Shown here in pieces: positions 1-9,786 of a DNA stretch of 64,000 bases. Each line of letters opens with the position of its first letter. The first letter of the stretch is position 1. Under the pieces are notes generated by a model. That model saw only the letters and a program-made list of their open reading frames with translations, was not told the origin of the DNA and did no database searches. Source of the stretch: Myxococcota bacterium (GTDB taxonomy: Bacteria; Myxococcota_A; UBA9160; UBA4427); NCBI GenBank assembly GCA_029268645.1, contig JAQWNI010000248.1, positions 4,346 through 68,345 on the forward strand. The letters are read 5' to 3'. The translations under genes were made by a program, and so were the position numbers.

Positions 1-866
1 CCGTGGTCGCAGAGACGATGGGATATCACGCTGCGCCGGGACCGTTTTTGGGACATGCGTTGGCGATTGAAGCCATCGTTTCAGGGGGTAGCGAGGCCCA
101 GAAAAAGAAATGGTTGCCGGACCTGGCCAGCGGCGCGCGGATTGGGGCAGTGGCCATCGCGGATTCCGATGGGGGCTGGGCCAGCGGGCATTGGAAGATC
201 GAGCCCGGCGATCAAGTCTCGGGAACGCAATCCTTTGCAACCGGCGGTCAGCACGCAGACCTGTTTGTGGTCGGCCTGGCTGGGGGTCGGCTTGGTGTCG
301 TGGATGCTGAGGCTGCGGGTTTTTCGAGGCAGTCGGTCGACGGCGCCGATCTGACCCGGCGTCTTGTCGCTCTGGAGTTCGATCGCACTCCTTGTGAATT
401 GCTGGCTGACGACGATGCGCAGGCGGCGCGTCGTCTACATGACGTGGGTTGCGTGCTCCTCGCGGCGGATGCCTTCGGCGGGTCTGTCCGTTTGCTGGAA
501 ATGAGCGTCGAATATGCCAAAACCCGCGAGCAATTCGGCGTCAAAATCGGGCACTTTCAAGCTCTTAAGCATCAGCTGGCCAGCATGGCACTTGATGTCG
601 AGCCAGGGCGCGGGCTCTATTGGTATGCGGCGTATGCCCAGGACCACGTAGCCGACGAGTCGGAGCGGATCGCTGCGGTCGCGAAAGCTCACATGACTGA
701 CCGGTATATGGATGTCGCGCGAAACGCGGTTGAGGCCCATGGGGGCATCGGGTTTACCTGGGAATGCGACGTTCAAATTTGGTTCAAACGGGCGATGTTC
801 AATCGTGCTTTTCTAGGGCATCCCGGGGAACACCGTCGTCGTCAGGCGGAGATGGCTGGCTGGTAG
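1..866 (+). CDS. Acyl-CoA dehydrogenase, 5'-truncated at the window edge
   Basis: ACAD C-terminal motifs YAKTREQFGVKIGHFQALKH and HGGIGFTWE. Confidence 0.9.
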   Translation, partial: VVAETMGYHAAPGPFLGHALAIEAIVSGGSEAQKKKWLPDLASGARIGAVAIADSDGGWASGHWKIEPGDQVSGTQSFATGGQHADLFVVGLAGGRLGVVDAEAAGFSRQSVDGADLTRRLVALEFDRTPCELLADDDAQAARRLHDVGCVLLAADAFGGSVRLLEMSVEYAKTREQFGVKIGHFQALKHQLASMALDVEPGRGLYWYAAYAQDHVADESERIAAVAKAHMTDRYMDVARNAVEAHGGIGFTWECDVQIWFKRAMFNRAFLGHPGEHRRRQAEMAGW

Positions 867-2706
867 TCGGGGGGCCGACCCTGAGACTCCTCATGCGATT
901 GAGAGCGGCCGCGATCTCATGTCGTCGGGGCCGGCTGAGGCGACCGGGGTAAAAACGGCGTGCGGGGCCGTTATGATTGCTGGCCTCGAGCCAGTCAAGG
1001 CCGTCGTGGTCAAGGGCATCGTCGATGCGGTCGAGTATCTCCGCGAGCGAGAGAAGAGTATGTCGTGGCCAGGCCTCCTCGCGACTCATGAACTGCTGGC
1101 TCGCCTGGTAAATGGCCAGTCCGATCGCTCGGGTTTGGCTGCTCTCCACAATCTGTGGAACTTGGCGAAGATCGATCTGATCTTCGCCGAAGACAAGCGT
1201 TTCACGGCCCTTGGCGGCGATTTTAATACGCTTGCGCCCCTTTGATGCATCGAAAGCCTCTGCGAAAGGATGTCGTGATGGGATGGCCGTGAGGCGCTGA
1301 CGGACTTCGTTGGAGCGACCATTAGGTGAGGCGGCGGCGATGTCGCGAGCCTCTTGGGTGACGTCTTCCACTCGATACTCTTGGAGACGGATCACCGTGT
1401 CGGCGACCTCGAAGTAGTCGCCGCTTCCTCCCATTACGAGGAGAGTTGAGATTCCCCAGCGATCGTAGATTTCTCTGACACGGTCAACCAGCGGGGTGAT
1501 GGGTTCGTGATCTCGGTGCACAAGTTTTTGCATCCGGGCGTCGCGAACCATGAAGTTGGTGGCGCAAGTGTCTTCATCAAGCAGAATTCCAGAGGCACCG
1601 GACTCGATGGCTTCGGAAATGGCTGCCGCTTGGCTGGTGGAGCCACTCGCGTCCGCCGTCGAAAAGAAATGGGTCCGATGTGGATAGGACTCTTCTGCTC
1701 TCTTACGCGATGCTGGAAGCCGGTCGATGAATCCATGGATATCGACGCCGGTGACGGCTCTTCCGTCTTCTGCTCTGATCTTAATGAGGTCTCGATCCGA
1801 GATCACATACTCCCGGCCGTCTCCGGGCACATGGGGGTATACGGCGGATTCTAGAGCTTGTAGGAGCGTCGATTTTCCATGGTACCCACCGCCTACGATC
1901 AGATTGACTCCTTTAGGAATCCCCATTCCGAGGATCGAAGAGTGGCTTCCGTTCTCGGGCCCAATGGGATGCATTAGAGGTGCTTCCACTTGCAAGAATT
2001 TGGGTGACCGAAAGGCGACGGCATGGCTTTTGGCCATTGGGCGGTCGCTGGCTCCACTTTCTCGTGGGAGGATGGAGCCATTCGCGACAAAGGCCATCAG
2101 GCCCCGCTCGCGAAGCCAATTCCGAAGATGTTCCTGATTTTCGACTGTGTCGACGTGATGCTTGGCAGATCGCTGATCGATTTGAGACCAGTGCAACGCC
2201 TGCCGGGCAACTTCCGGAAGTTGGTAGAGCAGGATTTCCGCAGCAGCGTCGCCGAGAACTCGCCTGCCCTGAGCGGGCAGGCCCACTTCCAGACGTGCTT
2301 CGACGCATTCCGTATTTAAAAAGATTGAACTGCGCTCCAGAACTTCTTGTCCGCCCGCGTCAATCGTGATCAAACCGCTTCGGCCACTGCCCGATGACGA
2401 TCGCCGTCTTGCTGGCTCTCGGCGAAAACTTCCTTCGGCCAAAGTGGAGCCGACTTGCCGCGCTAGAAAATCGGCCATGGCGATTCGTCGGATTCCGTGG
2501 GTCAGAAGGCTTGAAGGGAAAGCGGCCTCCCTTCCATCGAGACGGATGCGGATCCGAGAGGGCGCGGCAAAAGGGTCTGCCTGAATATGATCGATGCAAA
2601 GGGTCAGCCCACCGAGGTCGTAATCCCCACGGAGGTCGCGATAAGCCGAGTAGCCTCGGCGGTCGATTCGCGTCAGAATGGTTTTGAGGTCACTGAAGGC
2701 ACGCAA
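799..2706 (-). CDS. ABC-class ATPase domain protein (ABC_ATPase/MRB1590 family)
   Basis: Walker A GGGYHGKST, DASGSTSQAA, LLDEDTCATNFM, HIQADPFAAPSR; TTG start at 2706 chosen because AAGGA lies upstream. Confidence 0.85.
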   Translation of the reverse strand: MRAFSDLKTILTRIDRRGYSAYRDLRGDYDLGGLTLCIDHIQADPFAAPSRIRIRLDGREAAFPSSLLTHGIRRIAMADFLARQVGSTLAEGSFRREPARRRSSSGSGRSGLITIDAGGQEVLERSSIFLNTECVEARLEVGLPAQGRRVLGDAAAEILLYQLPEVARQALHWSQIDQRSAKHHVDTVENQEHLRNWLRERGLMAFVANGSILPRESGASDRPMAKSHAVAFRSPKFLQVEAPLMHPIGPENGSHSSILGMGIPKGVNLIVGGGYHGKSTLLQALESAVYPHVPGDGREYVISDRDLIKIRAEDGRAVTGVDIHGFIDRLPASRKRAEESYPHRTHFFSTADASGSTSQAAAISEAIESGASGILLDEDTCATNFMVRDARMQKLVHRDHEPITPLVDRVREIYDRWGISTLLVMGGSGDYFEVADTVIRLQEYRVEDVTQEARDIAAASPNGRSNEVRQRLTAIPSRHPFAEAFDASKGRKRIKIAAKGRETLVFGEDQIDLRQVPQIVESSQTRAIGLAIYQASQQFMSREEAWPRHTLLSLAEILDRIDDALDHDGLDWLEASNHNGPARRFYPGRLSRPRRHEIAAALNRMRSLRVGPPTTSQPSPPDDDGVPRDALEKHD

Positions 2707-2885
2707 GTCTGAAGTCCTTTTAAGTGATGAAGCTGTGCTTCCCTGCGGTTCGACAGCTGATGTGAAGTTTGTCCGCACGAAGAGCTTCGCCTGTGGACCC
2801 TCTTTAGTCGAGTGTGACAAAAATCTGTTGGGGCCCCGGAGAGATCCTCGCTACAATCGCTTTTTCGCTGGGGAGGCAGGGCGTC

Positions 2886-3434
2886 TTGGCTCGAATTTCG
2901 GAAGCGTCACTGGCTCGCGTGGTTAGCGGTGTGAACTTGATGCCTGGAACTTTGTCCGACCAGATCGGCGAGTCCGAAACACTCTTGGTATTTCTCCGTC
3001 ACTTTGGCTGTATTTTTTGTCGAGAGATGGTCTCCGACATTCGCACAGCGAAAGAATCGGATTCGAATTATCCTGAGGTTCTCTTTTTCTTTCAGGGCAC
3101 TCCGACCGAAGGGCGAGCTTTTTTGCGCCGAGATTGGCCAGATGTTCGGGCGATCGCAGACGCGGACCAAAGTTTCTATGTCGATTTTGGTGTGAACCAA
3201 GGAACTCTCCTGCAAATTTTTGGGCCCAGAGCACTTCTCTCGACCCCCCGAGCGCGGGCGAAGGGGCATTCGCCAGGAGAACGCTCGGGCGATATTTTGC
3301 GCATGCCGGGGCTCTTCTTGGTCCGCGGTCCGGAGATTCTGTGGTCTCACCGTTTCCGCCATCAGGCGGATCATCCAGACTTCAAGCTGCTGCCAACCGT
3401 GGCGCGTGCGGGCGCTGGGTCCTCGGGATTCTAA
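2886..3434 (+). CDS. Peroxiredoxin-like/SelL-related thioredoxin-fold protein
   Basis: FLRHFGCIFCRE CxxC motif and MPGLFLV; TTG start after GGAGG. Confidence 0.75.
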   Translation: MARISEASLARVVSGVNLMPGTLSDQIGESETLLVFLRHFGCIFCREMVSDIRTAKESDSNYPEVLFFFQGTPTEGRAFLRRDWPDVRAIADADQSFYVDFGVNQGTLLQIFGPRALLSTPRARAKGHSPGERSGDILRMPGLFLVRGPEILWSHRFRHQADHPDFKLLPTVARAGAGSSGF

Positions 3435-3534
3435 CGCCTGTCATTGGCTCGGTGCAGCCGTTGACTAGGCAGAGCCCTCTAAAACGGTATGGTTCTCCGA
3501 GCCGAACGGTTCGACCTTGAACTGGGGGAGGGGG

Positions 3535-4875
3535 ATGGCGAACGCAGAGCGTGAGCAGTGGAGCACCTCCTTCGGCTTCGTCGCGGCGGCCGTTGGCTCG
3601 GCCGTGGGCCTCGGAAATATGTGGAGATTCTCCTACCTAACCGCAGAAAAGGGCGGTGCGGCCTTCGTTGGTCTTTACCTGATCTTCACATTGCTTGTGG
3701 GTCTGCCCATCCTCTTGGCAGAGATGACGATCGGTCGGGGCGCAAGCCGTAGTCCAGTTCTTGCTCTTGAGCACTACGGAGGCCGGAGCTGGCGCCTCTT
3801 GGGTGTCCTTTTTGTTCTCACGGGATTCTTGATCCTGTCCTACTACTCGGTGATCGCAGGCTGGACGCTCCGGTATGCCGGAGAACTCCTTTGGCATGGT
3901 GTTCCTCTGAACCCCGGAGATCACTTTTCTCAGGTCAGTCAGGGCTGGCCCGCTTTTCTGTTTCACGTGAGTTTCATGGCGCTGACAATGGCGATTGTGG
4001 CGGGTGGCGTGAAGCGAGGCATCGAAAGAGTATCGGTTATTGCGATGCCGGTTCTATTTGTGTTTGTCTGCGGACTGGCCTTGTATGCCGCAACCTTATC
4101 TGGGTCTGAGGCGGGCTACGCGTACTATCTGAACGCAAATTTCACGAACGCCCTGTCGATGGACGTTGTCGTCTCAGCAGCGGGTCAGAGTTTCTTTAGC
4201 TTGAGCCTGGGAATGGGCGCCATGTTGACCTTCGCCAGTTATCTCTCGCGGCAGAGTGATTTGCCGCGGGAGGCGATTCGAATTGCGGCGGCTGACTTTG
4301 GCGTGGCTTTTGTCGCTGGCTTGATGGTGTTCCCCATTGTTTTTGCGTTGGGTGTAGAAGGGGATGTGAGCGAAAGCACGCTGGGGGCCTTGTTTGTTGC
4401 TCTCCCAGAAGCTTTTTCCAGCATGGGTCTAGTCGGTCGTTTCGTCGGAGTGATCTTTTTTGTTGCTCTGATCGTAGGCGCTCTGACGTCAGCCATTTCT
4501 CTCCTTGAAGTAGTCGTCTCGGCGGCGGTGGACGGGTGGGCCTGGAGTCGAGGCCGTGCGGTGATTGTTGCCGGTGGACTGATTACTCTCATAGGCTCGT
4601 TTGCAGCTTGGGATCTCGCGCTCCTCGATGCGATGGATCAGGTCGCGAATAACATTCTGCTCCTATTGGGAGCTCTCCTGCTTTCGGTTTTTGTCGGATG
4701 GGTGATGAAAAATGCTGAGACTGAGCTTGCGCAGGGAGCTGGCCGACTGAATTGGGTGGGGGTATGGCGGTTTCTGCTTCGCTGGTGGGTGCCAATCGTC
4801 TTGTTGTTTGTACTCTTTCATTCTGTTCCAAAGACGCTTTCCAACGTCCGAAATCTTGTATTCGGATTGGATTAG
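3535..4875 (+). CDS. Sodium-dependent transporter, NSS/SNF family
   Basis: REQWS...GSAVGLGNMWRF, GQSFFSLSLG, about 11 hydrophobic segments. Confidence 0.95.
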   Translation: MANAEREQWSTSFGFVAAAVGSAVGLGNMWRFSYLTAEKGGAAFVGLYLIFTLLVGLPILLAEMTIGRGASRSPVLALEHYGGRSWRLLGVLFVLTGFLILSYYSVIAGWTLRYAGELLWHGVPLNPGDHFSQVSQGWPAFLFHVSFMALTMAIVAGGVKRGIERVSVIAMPVLFVFVCGLALYAATLSGSEAGYAYYLNANFTNALSMDVVVSAAGQSFFSLSLGMGAMLTFASYLSRQSDLPREAIRIAAADFGVAFVAGLMVFPIVFALGVEGDVSESTLGALFVALPEAFSSMGLVGRFVGVIFFVALIVGALTSAISLLEVVVSAAVDGWAWSRGRAVIVAGGLITLIGSFAAWDLALLDAMDQVANNILLLLGALLLSVFVGWVMKNAETELAQGAGRLNWVGVWRFLLRWWVPIVLLFVLFHSVPKTLSNVRNLVFGLD

Positions 4876-4896
4876 CCCATCGGCAAAGGGATAAAT

Positions 4897-5328
4897 GTGA
4901 AGTGGATTCTGATCTCTTTGGGGTCGGTCGTCGCTGTGCCCCTGCTCTTTTTGGCATTGGTTTATGGAGTGAGCGAGGTCGGCGGCGAGGTGGTCGTCTT
5001 GCATCGAGTTCGGTCCCACGACGCAGACGAGCAAGGCATTGATCGGATCCGGATCTGGATTGTGGAGGACGAGCAGGGTACCTGGGTTGAACATGGCGGC
5101 CCGCAATCAGCGTGGGTGTCGGCTCTATCGCAGAATCAGACCATCGTGCTTGAGCGGGGAGGGGAAACGGGCTCGTATAGGGCCTCGGCCGACCCTTCCG
5201 CTCACGATCACTATCACGCACTCCGGCGAGATCGTTACGGTTGGGCCGATGCCTTGATTAGTTGGGTGTCAGGTGGTTCTGAGTCCTGCGAGGGCATACC
5301 TGTACGGGTCGAGAGACTACCCATATAG
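4897..5328 (+). CDS. Membrane-anchored hypothetical protein, possibly split-barrel/DUF385-like
   Basis: N-terminal TM, RIWIVED and RDRYGWAD pattern; 21 nt after the NSS gene. Confidence 0.5.
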   Translation: MKWILISLGSVVAVPLLFLALVYGVSEVGGEVVVLHRVRSHDADEQGIDRIRIWIVEDEQGTWVEHGGPQSAWVSALSQNQTIVLERGGETGSYRASADPSAHDHYHALRRDRYGWADALISWVSGGSESCEGIPVRVERLPI

Positions 5329-5452
5329 ACGAGAGAACCCCGCCCGGTTGTGATCATTGACGCTCTGTTCCACGATAGCTTTAGACTGGAAATTTGAAGA
5401 ACCGGAGACGAAGATCAGAGCTCGAGCCGAGAACGGCTTTGGAAAAGTGTAT

Positions 5453-5887
5453 TCATTCCTCATCTGGGAGATAGGTTTGAAAATGTTGGCCGAGGTCGGA
5501 ATCGACGTGAGAGGGGACTCGGTAGTACGTACGGATCACCACGGATCCGTCGTCTTCGAACCGATAGGTCTCGACGCTTAATCCGACCCGGTTCCCTTCC
5601 GCTGTCTTAATGTGATTTTCGAGCACCCAGGCTACCTCGTTGCCGCAAACAAAAAGACCACCTTCTGCGATCTTGAACGTGACTTCTTTTTGGAAGAGGT
5701 CGAAAGATTCAACACAGCAATGTTCGAAGCCGTGCTTTTCCGGAGTCCCGACAGGGTCGAGCATTCGAAAGTCGCCCGGAGCAACTTTCCGCCAATTGCG
5801 AATCCAGGCGTCTTTATCACCGGCGTTCCAGAGCGAGACGTAGTTTCGCGCCCACTCCAGCAGTTCTTTTTTACTCGGTGTGGCCAT
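5453..5887 (-). CDS. SnoaL/NTF2-like (ketosteroid isomerase-like) protein
   Basis: YVSLWNAGDKDAW...DPVGTP...G pattern; GGAGG RBS. Confidence 0.7.
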   Translation of the reverse strand: MATPSKKELLEWARNYVSLWNAGDKDAWIRNWRKVAPGDFRMLDPVGTPEKHGFEHCCVESFDLFQKEVTFKIAEGGLFVCGNEVAWVLENHIKTAEGNRVGLSVETYRFEDDGSVVIRTYYRVPSHVDSDLGQHFQTYLPDEE

Positions 5888-5992
5888 ATGTCCTCCGAAG
5901 CGTCTGCTTTATGTTCTGAATTCATCGAAGAAGTAAGGGTGGATGCTGCCAATTTCGGCCCTTCAGTGCCATTCTATTCCTGAACCGCCTGA

Positions 5993-8398
5993 CTACACGA
6001 TGACGCCGGCTCGGCGGCTTGCAGCCAGCGCGACGATCACCTGGACACGGCGATTGGCGTCGGCGATCTCAGCTGCAAAAGCCCGTCGGGTCTCGTGAAT
6101 GTCGGGGTCACGGTGGTCGAGTAGAGATCGGTTCTCAGCTAGTTTGCGCGCATTCTCAAAAAGTACCTTCGAGATCGAAGAGGTGCTTTGAACGAAGTGC
6201 TGGAGCTGATACTGCTTGCCTAGTCCTAGGCAGCTTGAGACCAAAGCGTCGGGATCGATGCGCTCGGTGGATTCAAATCTGAGGAGAGCATCTGCAAAAA
6301 CGCGGTAGCTCTCAAGAAACGGCCTGAGAATGCGATGGGAGGTGAAGGGCTTGAACGATTGAACGAGCTTTCGGCTCGCGGCGCCGCCTTGCTTAAGCGC
6401 GGATTCCCATTTTTCGTTTTGTCGCCTGAGTTCAGCTCGAATTTCTTCTCGAAACTCCTCTTTGCCGGCGAAGAAAAATTCAAATTTCAGTAAGTCGCGC
6501 AGTCCCATGGCCTCATCCCAGAAGACCGGAAGAGCTTTCTCCGCTGGGGCCTCAGAGGCCTTGATTGCGGCGAGTTCCGCAATGGCTGCATTGACGAAGA
6601 AATGGATCACTGTGTTTCGGTAGTAGGCCGCTTCAAGTTGTTGATCTGGGCCGATTCGGTAAACCTGTTCGGGGCCTCCGTCAAAACGGCTCACGACACC
6701 ATTTTCAACTAAAGCGTCCAGTGTGCGGGCGATGCCCTCTTGAGTCTCGAGCTGAGAGAATTGGGCTGTTGTTGGAAGTTTGCGCTCCCGTACGGACTGC
6801 ATGAGGTTCGCCAAGCCCCTCTGGGCCTGAGGCACTGTGAGGGCGGTTTCCCCGGTTCCCAACAGGGCAAGAGTGAGGAGCGATGTGGGGGTGATAGGTG
6901 TGACTCGATTGATGCGAACGGAAACCTCGAAAGCCAGCTTCTGGAGATCAATATCTTGTTCGTCAGGGCCGTCATTTTGGATTTCGTGAGGAGCGCCGAG
7001 TTGATCTGCGATGGAAACGGGCTCACCGAACCGGACATGAATTTGCCCGTAACGCTTTCGGAGCGCTCGAATAACCCCGACCAGCCAGCCTAGATTTTCC
7101 TTCTGCTTGGCGGCCCCTTGCTGCTCATTGCTGTAACCGCCGACCTCTTGAATTTGATCGTAGGCGATCGAAACGGGGATCAGCATCACGTCCTCTGATT
7201 TCCCGCGCCGCCAGGCATCGACCACGTAGGCCAAGAGCCCGAATTTTGGAGGCAAGAGCTTGCCCGATCGTGAACGACCTCCTTCGATGTACCACTCCAG
7301 AGCAAACCGTTTCTCGATCAGGTAATCGATATAGTTTCGAAGGACGAGCTTGTAAATCGGTTGATCTCGGAAGCTCCGCCGAATAAAAAACACACCGCTC
7401 CGTCGAATGATGGGCCCGAGCGGGAAAAAATTCATGTTGATTCCGCCCGCAGTGTGATTGGGCGGTAAACCATTCTCGTAAAGCATGTATTGCAGTGCGA
7501 GGTGGTCCAGGTTCGATTTATGAGTGGGTAGGAAGACGACTGGATGTCGTTGGCTAAGACTTGCGACATGCCGAAGCTCGTCCTGACTGTATTCGATGTC
7601 TTCAGCGTAGCCCTGGCTGTAGACCTTTCGAATCAGCCTCGCAGCCAAGTCGATAACGTAGGTACTGTGCGTGGCCGCGATTTCCTGTAGGTTGGCCGTA
7701 GCTTCTTTGAGCACCTTACTGTCTGAAAGGCCGGCCTCTCGCGCGAGCTGAGTGAGTCGCCCTCGAAAATCCGGCCGATCCAGAATTTCGGCATTGATCA
7801 ACTTGGGCACCTTGTAGCGCGCCCCCCGGATTCTACGCTCGGCTCTCTCGAGGGCTAGGATGGCTTGTCGCGCCACGAACTCGGGGAGTCCGGCAACGGT
7901 TCCTCCACCGTGCTGGCCCGCTTCATTCCACCGGGCGCGGAGTTCGCTGCTGCGCGCGGGTTGCGCGACCACGATGCGACAGCGGTCGGGATGGCGCTCT
8001 TTAATGACGCGCTGCTTGAGGCGACCCGGGTCGCGGGGGTCGCCGAAAAGGAGAAGGTCGCGCCCCCGGACCACGCGCTCACCATCCAGCATGGGTGCGA
8101 GCCAGGCGACGCGAACCGGGGTAAAGAGCGCGTCTTCGTTGGCGGAGAGCAGTGCCTCCAAGCTGGGGTCGAGGGGCTCTTTTCGTCGCGGCCGTGGGCG
8201 GCGGGAAGGGGGCAGGGAGAGTACTCGGACACCGCCCGGCGCCCGGTCCGGTGGGTGGGATCGGGTGATCCACTCTTCGAGCATTTGCTGCTCGAGAGGG
8301 CTTGATGCGTCGAGAAGAAATACGAGGAGCCGATCGTCTTCGCAGTCCGGCCATTTCGGTAAGGACGGTTCGGCGTGGCCTGTTTGGCTCGCGGTCAT
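5993..8398 (-). CDS. plsB: Glycerol-3-phosphate O-acyltransferase (PlsB type)
   Basis: HKSNLD (HxxxxD), GVFFIRR, YIEGGRSRSGK, IPVSIAYD. Confidence 0.92.
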   Translation of the reverse strand: MTASQTGHAEPSLPKWPDCEDDRLLVFLLDASSPLEQQMLEEWITRSHPPDRAPGGVRVLSLPPSRRPRPRRKEPLDPSLEALLSANEDALFTPVRVAWLAPMLDGERVVRGRDLLLFGDPRDPGRLKQRVIKERHPDRCRIVVAQPARSSELRARWNEAGQHGGGTVAGLPEFVARQAILALERAERRIRGARYKVPKLINAEILDRPDFRGRLTQLAREAGLSDSKVLKEATANLQEIAATHSTYVIDLAARLIRKVYSQGYAEDIEYSQDELRHVASLSQRHPVVFLPTHKSNLDHLALQYMLYENGLPPNHTAGGINMNFFPLGPIIRRSGVFFIRRSFRDQPIYKLVLRNYIDYLIEKRFALEWYIEGGRSRSGKLLPPKFGLLAYVVDAWRRGKSEDVMLIPVSIAYDQIQEVGGYSNEQQGAAKQKENLGWLVGVIRALRKRYGQIHVRFGEPVSIADQLGAPHEIQNDGPDEQDIDLQKLAFEVSVRINRVTPITPTSLLTLALLGTGETALTVPQAQRGLANLMQSVRERKLPTTAQFSQLETQEGIARTLDALVENGVVSRFDGGPEQVYRIGPDQQLEAAYYRNTVIHFFVNAAIAELAAIKASEAPAEKALPVFWDEAMGLRDLLKFEFFFAGKEEFREEIRAELRRQNEKWESALKQGGAASRKLVQSFKPFTSHRILRPFLESYRVFADALLRFESTERIDPDALVSSCLGLGKQYQLQHFVQSTSSISKVLFENARKLAENRSLLDHRDPDIHETRRAFAAEIADANRRVQVIVALAASRRAGVIV

Positions 8399-8407
8399 CG
8401 CCCCATT

Positions 8408-9784
8408 CTACACGGGGTGGTCCGGAGCGGGACTGCTTTCCTCAGGGGTTGGCGTTGCGCTCCGTTGGGCAATTTGGAGCTGGATCCAAGTGTGTCGGAT
8501 GCGAGTGAGAGGGTAGTGGCGCAGCCCGATCAGGGCGCTGGCAATAAAAGCTGCTGGGATCAGGGTCCCGAGGACCCGAATAGTCCAGATCGCCCCTTCG
8601 GGTTGGGTACTGAGTTGGCCATCATAGCCAGCCCAGGAGAGCGCAAAGCCTCCCAACATGTAGGCGCTGGCCCCCCCCACTTTTCGAATGAAAGTGAATA
8701 CGCCGTTATACATTCCTTCGCGGCGGGCTCCTGTTGAGAGTTCGTCCTGGTCGATGACTTCGCCCAGCATGGCCCATGGAAAGAGGTCGACGACGGCGTA
8801 GCCGGCTCCGAGTCCGCCGGCAATGAGGAAGAGAGTCCATCGAGGCCAGTTGGGGTCGCTGACGAAAATAAAAATCAGACAGGTGACGAACCAGAGAGAT
8901 CCGAGAGCCAGAATTCGATGCTTTTCTCGGTTTTGTGCGAAACGAAGCCAGAGGGGAAGAGAGAGAATCACCACAGACAACATACAGAGCAGGGTCCAGG
9001 TCACGTCCCCGGGTCGGCCTAGCCAAACGATGACGAAGAGGGGGATGGCGAGTCCCAGCAGGTCTATCGCAATACGACCCATTAGGTAGATGCCACATAA
9101 GCGCAGGTAGGTGGAGTGGTAGAACAGACTGACAAGGGATGGCCAGAGGGGCTCGTTTCGTTGCGGCGCAATGCCCGTACGCTCGAAGCTCACAGCCCAG
9201 ACGATGGGCCACGGAATGATGAGGCCAATGGCCAGGATAGCTCCGGCTTTCTCGTAGCCCTGCGCGCCACCTCCAAACAGTTCAGCCATTTCGAAAAGGC
9301 TTGCGGCGACCATCGTTCCGAGGACAGCCCCGCCTGAACGCCAGGTGTTCAGAGTCGTTCTCTCATCGTAATCCAGGGCCATTTCCGGGATGAGCGCCAT
9401 GTACGGCACAGAGAGAACGGTCATCGCCAGGGCGATTCCGATGTAAATTCCGAGGTACCAGAGGAACATCGGGGTTTGTTCGCTGTACGGCGTTCTCCAG
9501 AGCAGCGCGAATAAAATGCCCAAGGGCAGCATGCCAATCAAAAAAAACGGACGGCGACGCCCGATTTTCCAGCGCAGGCTATCGGAGAATCGCCCCATCA
9601 AAGGGTCTGTGAAGGCGTCGACGAGGCGTGCCAGCCAGGCAATCATCCCAGCCAACCACGGCTCAAGGCCCGCAACGGTCACAAGAAAAGTGAAGAAGAC
9701 GAGTGTGAGTGAACTCAGGGCCGTATTGGTCGAGAGGTCACCGAGTCCGTAGGCGGCTTTACGGGTGGTGCTGAGCGCGGGCAC
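8408..9784 (-). CDS. MFS transporter, GPH/MelB (MFS_2) family
   Basis: KAAYGLGD, DAFTDPLMGRFSD, GRRRPF, GARREGMY. Confidence 0.9.
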   Translation of the reverse strand: MPALSTTRKAAYGLGDLSTNTALSSLTLVFFTFLVTVAGLEPWLAGMIAWLARLVDAFTDPLMGRFSDSLRWKIGRRRPFFLIGMLPLGILFALLWRTPYSEQTPMFLWYLGIYIGIALAMTVLSVPYMALIPEMALDYDERTTLNTWRSGGAVLGTMVAASLFEMAELFGGGAQGYEKAGAILAIGLIIPWPIVWAVSFERTGIAPQRNEPLWPSLVSLFYHSTYLRLCGIYLMGRIAIDLLGLAIPLFVIVWLGRPGDVTWTLLCMLSVVILSLPLWLRFAQNREKHRILALGSLWFVTCLIFIFVSDPNWPRWTLFLIAGGLGAGYAVVDLFPWAMLGEVIDQDELSTGARREGMYNGVFTFIRKVGGASAYMLGGFALSWAGYDGQLSTQPEGAIWTIRVLGTLIPAAFIASALIGLRHYPLTRIRHTWIQLQIAQRSATPTPEESSPAPDHPV

Positions 9785-9786
9785 GG

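Noticed and set aside
2886-3434. Selenoprotein (SelL-like)
   Set aside because: The motif is CIFC with Cys codons; no in-frame TGA
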